From SAR202 cluster bacterium (GTDB taxonomy: Bacteria; Chloroflexota; Dehalococcoidia; Lucifugimonadales; Australimonadaceae), in NCBI GenBank assembly GCA_016872415.1, contig VGZX01000004.1:3879-67878 (forward strand): a DNA stretch of 64,000 nt, in the 5' to 3' direction. The position numbers and the translations under genes were made by a program. The notes under the pieces are model-generated. The model ran no database searches and had not been told where the DNA came from. It was given only the letters and a program-made list of their open reading frames with translations. Shown here piece after piece: positions 57,452 through 64,000 of this stretch. How positions within the stretch are numbered: the stretch's first letter is position 1; each line of letters starts with the position of its first letter.

Positions 57452-59473
57452 TTATACCTTCACCGCATCCTTCTGCCGTGCCTCGACGATCTTTTGCGTG
57501 AGGTTCGCCGGCACTTCGCCGTAGTGGTCGAACTCGATGGTCATGCGGCCTCGGCCCTGCGTCAACGCCCGCAGCTTGGTGCTGTATTGCTGGGCCTCCA
57601 CCTGTGGCAGCGTCGCCTCGATGGTGCCCATGCCGTTGCCCGGCGTCATGCCGACGATATGCGCGCGGCGTGTGTTCAGGTCGCCCACCACGGCGCCCAT
57701 GGCCTCGTCCGGCAACGCGATGCGAACACGCATCACCGGCTCCAGCAGCGCCGGCTGGGCCAGCTGCACGCCATGCTTGAGCGCGGCGGCCCCGGCCAGC
57801 TCGAAACTCTGGCCCGACGAGTCGACCGGGTGCGAGCTGCCGTCGGTGAGCGCGACCTTGATGTCAGTGACATGGAAGCCGGCGAAGGCACCCTCCTCCA
57901 TCGCCTTCTGGATGCCCTTTTCCACCGCGGGCACGTACTCCTTCGGCACGGCGCCGCCGACGACTTGGTTCACGAACTTGAAGCCGGCGCCACGCCTGGC
58001 CGGTTCCAGCCGCAGCACGACGTGGCCGTACTGGCCGTGACCGCCGCTCTGCTTCTTGTGCTTATGCTCGATCGTCGCCGGCTTCGTGATCGTCTCCCGG
58101 TACGGCACTTTGGGTGGGGCGAGCTCCAAGTCCACGCCGAATTTGCGCTTTGCCCGCTCGGCCATCACCTCGACGTGCGTGTCGCCGAGGCCCGTGACGA
58201 TGAGCTCGCCCGTGGCCTGGTCGCGGGAGATACGCAGCGTTGGGTCCTCTTCGGTGAGCCGTGCCAGCGCCGTCGACAGCTTGTCCATGTCGGCTTTGCT
58301 CTTGGGATGCACGGCCACGCTGTAGATCGGCGTGGGGAATTCGATGCCGGGCAGCACGATCGGCTCGGCCTTGGTGGTGAGCGTGTCGCCGGTGAGCACG
58401 TGCGTGAGCTTCGCCAGCGTGCCGATGTCGCCCGCGGCCACTTCGCCGACGGTGTGTTGCGCCTTGCCCATTGGCGCCGTCACCTGCGCGATGCGCTCGC
58501 TGGAATGATGCGTGCTGTTGAACACCTCGGAGTTGCCGCGCAGAGTGCCGCTGTAAACGCGGAAGTAGCTGAGCCTTCCGACGAACGGATCCGCCGAGGT
58601 CTTGAACACGAGCGCCGCCAGCGGCCCCTTGGGGTCGGCCGGCAATGTCACCGGTTCTCCGTTCTTCGCTGCCCGAGTCGGCGCGACGTCGGCAGGGGAC
58701 GGCAAGAGCGAGACAATGGCGTCGAGCAGTTCTGGTATGCCGGCGCCCGTCACGGCCGATCCGGCGAGCACCGGCACCGCGCCGCATGCCCGCACGCCCA
58801 CGCGAAGACCATTGGCGATCTCGTCGTCCGTCAGGTCACCGGTGCCGAGGAACTTCTCGGTCAAGGCGTCGTCGGTCTCGGCCACCATCTCGGCGAGGCG
58901 CTCACGCGCCTGGCCCGCTCCGTCGCGCGCTTGGTCGCCCAGCACGCTGATGACGCCGGAGAACGCCTTCTCGGCGCCTACGGGCAGGGTGACGGCCGCG
59001 CAATGCTGTCCGAGTTTCGCCCGTGCTTGCTCCAGCGAGCGCATGAAATCGGCGTGGTCCTTGTCCATCTTGGTGACGAACACGAGCGTCGGCATCTTCA
59101 ATGCCTGCAACTGCTTCCATACCATTTCCGTGCCCACCTCGACCCCCGCTGGGGCCGCGACGACCAGCACCGCGGCATCGGCGACGCGCAGCGCCGACGC
59201 GGTTTCGCCCGAGAAGTCGGCATAGGCGGGGGTGTCCAGCACGTTGATCTTGTGCTCTTTCCAGGTCACCGGCACCACGGAGAGCTGCAAACTGGTGAGA
59301 CGCTTGTGCTCTTCCGGTTCGTAGTCGGATACGGTGGTGTGGTCTTCCACGCGGCCTATGCGGGGCATGGCCTTGGCGGTGAACAACATCGACTCCACGA
59401 GCGAGGTCTTCCCGGCGGCCGAGTGCGAGACGAGCGTCACGTTGCGGATTTGCTTGGTCGTAAACTGGGTCAT
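57452..59473 (-). CDS. Elongation factor G paralogue (EF-G2-like)
   Basis: Full EF-G domain order (EEDPTL, PKVPYRETI, KKQSGGHGQYGH, LLEP) with divergent G motifs; outside the str operon. Confidence 0.92.
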   Translation of the reverse strand: MTQFTTKQIRNVTLVSHSAAGKTSLVESMLFTAKAMPRIGRVEDHTTVSDYEPEEHKRLTSLQLSVVPVTWKEHKINVLDTPAYADFSGETASALRVADAAVLVVAAPAGVEVGTEMVWKQLQALKMPTLVFVTKMDKDHADFMRSLEQARAKLGQHCAAVTLPVGAEKAFSGVISVLGDQARDGAGQARERLAEMVAETDDALTEKFLGTGDLTDDEIANGLRVGVRACGAVPVLAGSAVTGAGIPELLDAIVSLLPSPADVAPTRAAKNGEPVTLPADPKGPLAALVFKTSADPFVGRLSYFRVYSGTLRGNSEVFNSTHHSSERIAQVTAPMGKAQHTVGEVAAGDIGTLAKLTHVLTGDTLTTKAEPIVLPGIEFPTPIYSVAVHPKSKADMDKLSTALARLTEEDPTLRISRDQATGELIVTGLGDTHVEVMAERAKRKFGVDLELAPPKVPYRETITKPATIEHKHKKQSGGHGQYGHVVLRLEPARRGAGFKFVNQVVGGAVPKEYVPAVEKGIQKAMEEGAFAGFHVTDIKVALTDGSSHPVDSSGQSFELAGAAALKHGVQLAQPALLEPVMRVRIALPDEAMGAVVGDLNTRRAHIVGMTPGNGMGTIEATLPQVEAQQYSTKLRALTQGRGRMTIEFDHYGEVPANLTQKIVEARQKDAVKV

Positions 59474-59604
59474 GAATGGCCTCCTCCAACCGGATCGATG
59501 CGCCTGAGGCCATTCTAGCCACGGGGAACGGCTATCGCAATCAAATGCAGAATCAGCAGCGTATATGACGTAAGTAAGCTACGAGGACGTCGAAAACAGA
59601 TCAT

Positions 59605-60870
59605 ATGAGGCGTAAGAGCTGCTATTTCGCGATCACGGGCTTGCTGTTGCTCCTCTGTCTGGTGGGGGCGGGCCGTCAAGCACCGACGGCTGGGCTGCCC
59701 GCCCTCACGGCGCCACTTGAGCAAGACCTCGTGCGGTGGGAAGTGGGCAACTTCATGAAGAAGTGGCTGCACTTGGCGCGCGCGCAGGTATGGCGTGATG
59801 CGCCGTCCTCGGCTGAAACGACAGCCATGATTGCGGAATTCTTCAGCCTTGGCGACGAGCGCCGCAGGCTCCAGCGCCAGCAGGTGGCGGCGCTGGCCGG
59901 CGATCCGGCGCGGGCCACGCTGGGCATTGGCGCTCTGACCGAGGGCCTCGACGACGTCCGGTCGCGGGCCGCCGAGCTACAGCCGTGCGTCGAGGAGGCG
60001 TTGGAGGCGGCGATCTCGGCCGCAGCCGACGAGATGGGACTCATGCGCCGCATTGGCGCCAGTCGCTGGCCGCCGGTCGACTTCACGTTCGAGCCGGGCG
60101 GCCTGGTGCTCGTGCGCTCGCCGCGCGAGAGCATACGCCGCCTGCCCGACTCCCTGCTGCGCCCCGACATTCCATTGCTCGAACAGGAGCGGCTGGAGCG
60201 CGAGGCCGAGGCGCTGGACCCCGGCATCGCCGCGCTAATCGTCCGCGTTGGCGGCGTGGCGACGTACCCCGCGCAGGTCACGCCCGATGCCGACCTGCAC
60301 GGCACGCTCATCATCGCCAGCCACGAATGGGTGCACCACTACCTCTTCTTCCACCCCCTCGGCAGGCGCTGGTGGGACGGAGGCGAGCTGACGCAGATCA
60401 ACGAAACGGTGGCGAACATCGTCGGCGAGGAGCTCGGCGACCTCGCGTACGAGAAGCTCACCGGCGTTGCCGTGCATCGCCCGCCCTGGCAACCGCCCAC
60501 GCTGCGGGCACGCAACGAGCCCCCGCCCGACGTGTTCGACTTCAACCGGGAGATGCGGCGGACGCGGGCAGGGCTGGAGGCGTTGCTGGCGGCGGGCCAG
60601 GTTGACGAGGCCGAGGCCTACCTGGAGAAGCGGCGCCGGCTGTTCGTCGCCAACGGCCACCCGATACGGAAGCTCAACACCGCTTACTTCGCTTTCCATG
60701 GCACCTACACCGACTCGCCGCAGTCGTTGAGCCCCATCGAGCCGCAATTGCGGTCGATTCGAGCGGAGGCCGGCAGCCTCGCGGCTTTCTTGGACCGCGT
60801 GGCGCGCATCGACGCGCCGGGCCAGCTGGAGGGGTTGGCCCGCGACGCGGGCTGGCAACCGCGACAATAA
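59605..60870 (+). CDS. Exported putative zinc metallopeptidase
   Basis: N-terminal signal, HEWVH followed by NETVA. Confidence 0.65.
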   Translation: MRRKSCYFAITGLLLLLCLVGAGRQAPTAGLPALTAPLEQDLVRWEVGNFMKKWLHLARAQVWRDAPSSAETTAMIAEFFSLGDERRRLQRQQVAALAGDPARATLGIGALTEGLDDVRSRAAELQPCVEEALEAAISAAADEMGLMRRIGASRWPPVDFTFEPGGLVLVRSPRESIRRLPDSLLRPDIPLLEQERLEREAEALDPGIAALIVRVGGVATYPAQVTPDADLHGTLIIASHEWVHHYLFFHPLGRRWWDGGELTQINETVANIVGEELGDLAYEKLTGVAVHRPPWQPPTLRARNEPPPDVFDFNREMRRTRAGLEALLAAGQVDEAEAYLEKRRRLFVANGHPIRKLNTAYFAFHGTYTDSPQSLSPIEPQLRSIRAEAGSLAAFLDRVARIDAPGQLEGLARDAGWQPRQ

Positions 60871-60885
60871 ACGCGGTTAAAAGCG

Positions 60886-61023
60886 GTGAAACCGCGCGGC
60901 GCGGCCCGCTACGAGGAGCTGCTCCACGAGGTGCTCATTTACAACAGCGCAGACCTCGAGGCGATGTGGGCGGTGTTCGTTTGGCTCGCCAGGTCGTTCG
61001 GCCACGAGCCGGCGCCGATGTGA
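60886..61023 (+). pseudogene. Possible C-terminal remnant of a TM0106/RNase-H-like nuclease
   Basis: 45-aa frame containing ELLHEVLIYNSADLEAMWAVFVWL (YNxxD motif). Confidence 0.4.
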
Positions 61024-61027
61024 CCGT

Positions 61028-62062
61028 CTAGCGCCAGTCGGGCTGCTGGCTTGGCACGCTGGCATGCGTGAGCTGGGCCTGCTCGCCACCGTCGCCGTTC
61101 ATGATGAAGAGGTCGGCCTTGGTGGTGAGGAGCGTGGAAAACACGATTTGGCCGTTCGGGCCCCACACCACGTCGAGCTCGTCCACGTCGTTACGGGTCA
61201 GCTCCCTGGTGTCCTCGCCCTTGAGCGACACGGTGAAGACGTCGACATTGCCGTTGCGGTCCGACAGGAACGTCAACCGGCGGCTGTTGGGCGCCCACGA
61301 CGGGCTGAAATCGTTGCCGGCGCCCTCGGTGACACGCACCGGCGTGCTGGCGATACCGTCGCCGCTGACCTGCATCACGTAAACGTCCTGATTGCCGTTG
61401 CGGTCGGAGACGAATGCGATGCGCTTGCCATCCGGCGACCATTTGGGGCCGCGATCGTTGCCCTGCGTCAGTTGCACGCGGTTGACGCCTTCCGGGTTCC
61501 GCAGGAACAATCCGATGGATTCGCCGGTGTCGTCCAGCTCGGCGAACGCGACCCACCGGCCGTTCGGCGACCACGCCGGGTCGGTGTCGGAGGCCGGCCC
61601 AAAGTTCAGCGGCTGAGGCCGCAGGTTCGTGAGATCGACCCAGTAGACCTTGGGCAAGCCCTCGCTGTTGCGCGACGTGTAAGCGAGGAAGCGGCCGTCC
61701 GGCGACCACGCGATCTGCGTTTCGTCGACTCCGGTATTGGTGACGCGCATGGTGCTGGAGCCGTCCGCTGGCGCGACGTAGACCTCGACATTGCCGGGCA
61801 GGTCGCTGAGGAACGCGATGCGCTGCCGGTCGGCGGACCACACCGGGTTGAAGTCGTCGCCCCTCGTGCCGATCACGGTGCGCCCCTCCAGGCCGGTGGG
61901 ACGGACGATCGCGATGTCGCGCTGGCCCTCGGCGCCGACGGTGTACGCGATGAAGCCGTCGTCGCGCAGCAGGCCGCACGCGGCGAACGCCGGCACAACG
62001 GCCAGCATGAGCATGGACGCTGCGAGCAGCCGGACGGCGTGCGCGGTCAGGGATGTGTGCAT
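61028..62062 (-). CDS. TolB-like PD40-repeat beta-propeller lipoprotein
   Basis: AFAAC lipobox; repeated PxWSPDG..IAFxSDRxGN units. Confidence 0.88.
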   Translation of the reverse strand: MHTSLTAHAVRLLAASMLMLAVVPAFAACGLLRDDGFIAYTVGAEGQRDIAIVRPTGLEGRTVIGTRGDDFNPVWSADRQRIAFLSDLPGNVEVYVAPADGSSTMRVTNTGVDETQIAWSPDGRFLAYTSRNSEGLPKVYWVDLTNLRPQPLNFGPASDTDPAWSPNGRWVAFAELDDTGESIGLFLRNPEGVNRVQLTQGNDRGPKWSPDGKRIAFVSDRNGNQDVYVMQVSGDGIASTPVRVTEGAGNDFSPSWAPNSRRLTFLSDRNGNVDVFTVSLKGEDTRELTRNDVDELDVVWGPNGQIVFSTLLTTKADLFIMNGDGGEQAQLTHASVPSQQPDWR

Positions 62063-62159
62063 GGCATCGCAATCTGGGGCGCGCCGCGCTTCGTGACCAG
62101 GCGGCGCGGGAATATCGCGCGCCACGTTAGCAGAAACATCGAACGATGGATAGGTTCTG

Positions 62160-62534
62160 TCAAAACGGAAGATGATGGGATTGCAGCGTCGGGCGGCGTG
62201 CGCGATGACGGTCGGCGAACATGCCGTAGACGAAACCGCCGATCACGCCCGCGGAGCCGCCACTGGCGACCATGGTCAGCGGCAGCCACTCGGCGGAGAC
62301 CTGCGGCGTGCCGGCGCAGTCGCCAGGCTGCGCCCCTTCGCTCGCGATCCGGTCGGCCGCCACTTCGTTCTCGCACGGCTGCACCAGGCCGCCGAACGCG
62401 CCTTGCACGAACAGCGCGCCGCCCATCGACAATCCGAAGCTGACCGCGCCGACGAAGACCGCCAGCAGCAGGGCCCGGCGCAGGCGCCGGCCCGCGGACG
62501 GCTTACGGCCCGTAAGGCTTGGGGAAACGCTCAT
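62160..62534 (-). CDS. Small two-TM membrane protein
   Basis: Two hydrophobic segments flanking a loop with two Cys; ATGA overlap with the upstream gene. Confidence 0.6.
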   Translation of the reverse strand: MSVSPSLTGRKPSAGRRLRRALLLAVFVGAVSFGLSMGGALFVQGAFGGLVQPCENEVAADRIASEGAQPGDCAGTPQVSAEWLPLTMVASGGSAGVIGGFVYGMFADRHRARRPTLQSHHLPF

Positions 62535-63298
62535 GCGCCCTGCAACGCCCGCACATGCGCCGGCTGCATCTTCGAAGTGGCGATACGCATCACGTTCGGT
62601 GGCACCCGGTCCTTGACGCGCTTCAAGAACTCAACCACGCGGTCGGGCTGTAGGCGGGCGGCCTCCAGCAGCAACATGCCCACGCCGGCTTGCACGTCCT
62701 CGTCTGGGTCGGCGATCACCGTTTCGGCGACGCCGAGGGCATCGGTCAAGAAGCGGCCCTCGCGCGCCATCGGCGTGAACGACATGACCGCCGCCCGCCG
62801 ACGGAAGCGGTTGTTCGACTTAGCCCAATCCCGCAGGCGGGCAACCAGCGACGGCTTTGCCGCCACCGCGCGCGACACTAGGTGCGTGGCGAGGCCGTCC
62901 GCGTTCACCACGTTGGTCACATTCTCCATCCAGGCGTCGAACCGGTCGAACTCGCCGCCGCCCACATGCCGGCCTTGGGCGTTCACGATCTCGTCCGCCA
63001 CCAGGCCCTCTTCCAGCACGCCGCCGCGCCACAGGGGGTCGGCCACGTCGATGGCGATGCCGAGGCCGTTGGTCCGCATGCGGCGGACGAAGTCCATGGC
63101 GATGCCGTGCGCTTGCTGCGCCGGCACGCCGTGACACGGCACGTCTTCTCCGAGGGTACGGCGCCACTCTTGCGCGGCGCGCGGGTTGGCGGCGGCCCGC
63201 AGCCGCTGGCGTATCTCGGCGACGATCCCTTCGGCGGCGGGGTCGGGCGTCTTCGCCGCGGCGGGCTGGGGCTGTCGGCGTTGATGCTGTTGGCGCAC
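62531..63298 (-). CDS. DNA alkylation repair (AlkD-like HEAT-repeat) protein
   Basis: HGVP, LWRGGVLEE, WAKSNNRFRRRAA, DPDEDVQAGVGMLL. Confidence 0.75.
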   Translation of the reverse strand: MRQQHQRRQPQPAAAKTPDPAAEGIVAEIRQRLRAAANPRAAQEWRRTLGEDVPCHGVPAQQAHGIAMDFVRRMRTNGLGIAIDVADPLWRGGVLEEGLVADEIVNAQGRHVGGGEFDRFDAWMENVTNVVNADGLATHLVSRAVAAKPSLVARLRDWAKSNNRFRRRAAVMSFTPMAREGRFLTDALGVAETVIADPDEDVQAGVGMLLLEAARLQPDRVVEFLKRVKDRVPPNVMRIATSKMQPAHVRALQGA

Positions 63299-63489
63299 CG
63301 GTTACACCTGCTTGGGCCTGGCGCGCGGCCACGGTGCATGGCTGCCCGCCAGGAGGGGTTTCACCGCATTGTATCGGTTTCAAGGCCGGTTCGGAGCGCG
63401 CGAAGCCCTGATGGCAACTCGCGTCGCAAGTCGGTTGTCCGCGTCGGCCGAAGCCGTTAGCATGGCCAGACATACCATCGAGGTGATCG

Positions 63490-64000
63490 TTGAGTTCTGC
63501 CGCCGTCCGTTCCGCGCCGCTTGCCCCCACCGGAATCTCCTCCCTCCGCGCTCCCATCGAGGTCTGCTGGCTGATCGCCGCAGGGCTGGTCCCGATGGCG
63601 ATGATGCCGGAGAGCTCCATGCTGGGCTTCATCCAGATGCCCAAGGTGTTCGTCCTCCGCACCGTCGCCACGGTCCTTGCGGGCCTCATGACCATTGAAT
63701 GGGCGCTGCAAGCGGCAAGATGGCGCGAGGCCGCGAGCGCAGCCGGCGACACGGCGGAATCGTCGGGCATTTGGCGGTCCATCCGCTCCGTGCCGGGGTC
63801 CTGGCTGTACGCCGGAGCCGCGGCCGTGCTACTCGCCAACCTCGTGTCGTTCGTTCTATCGCCCGTGCGGAACGTTTCACTGTGGGGCATCGACCCCGGC
63901 TGGGACTCCTACGGCCTGTTCAACGTCATCTGCTACGCCGTGGTGTTCCTCGCGGTCGCGTTGCACCTCCGCCACGAGCGACAGCTGCGCCACCTCGCGT
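63490..64000 (+). CDS. Partial polytopic membrane protein, possibly O-antigen-ligase family (runs off the window)
   Basis: Open frame IEVCWLIAAGLVP...PKVFVLR...SPVRNVSLWG...YAVVF; absent from the ORF track because it has no stop. Confidence 0.6.
   Translation, partial: MSSAAVRSAPLAPTGISSLRAPIEVCWLIAAGLVPMAMMPESSMLGFIQMPKVFVLRTVATVLAGLMTIEWALQAARWREAASAAGDTAESSGIWRSIRSVPGSWLYAGAAAVLLANLVSFVLSPVRNVSLWGIDPGWDSYGLFNVICYAVVFLAVALHLRHERQLRHLA

Noticed and set aside
61028-62062. Repeated sequence units as a DNA repeat array
   Set aside because: They are degenerate coding repeats of PD40 propeller blades.
1-64000. Many long overlapping or antisense ORFs (e.g. 3002..4447, 7424..9001, 52845..54857, 57428..59518)
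   Set aside because: Shadow frames of real genes in a high-GC genome; Arg/Ala/Pro-rich or mirror-codon composition with no motifs.
1-64000. CRISPR array, tRNA, rRNA, integrase or transposase
   Set aside because: No regularly spaced repeats or recognisable signatures seen on reading.

Overview
A GC-rich (roughly two-thirds GC by eye) bacterial chromosomal segment made mostly of housekeeping genes. Gene content points to Chloroflexota, probably Dehalococcoidia or SAR202-like; this is inferred from an N-module-less nuo operon, a translin, dnaB-dnaD followed by a tandem-AAA+ loader, and a T-box before leuS. The window carries Fe-S assembly genes (mrp, sufT), repair genes (uvrB, ruvCA, an sbcC-like gene, an alkD-like gene), translation and tRNA-modification genes, thiL/thiE, nuoBCDHIJK-x-LMN, hppA, ribDE-ribBA-ribH, purQ/purL, etfBA and an EF-G paralogue. 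I saw no CRISPR array, rRNA, tRNA or intact mobile element. Best leads: (1) an unannotated 18-aa PAAK-repeat micropeptide gene with its own strong RBS and terminator; (2) a metallophosphoesterase interrupted by two in-frame TAG codons; (3) several lesions confined to dispensable genes; (4) a complex-I-like operon lacking nuoA, with a DUF2007-like insert and a His-rich NuoL loop; (5) a ThiE with an unusual N-terminal domain; (6) recurrent leaderless-type promoters. All family calls come from motif recognition, not database searches.
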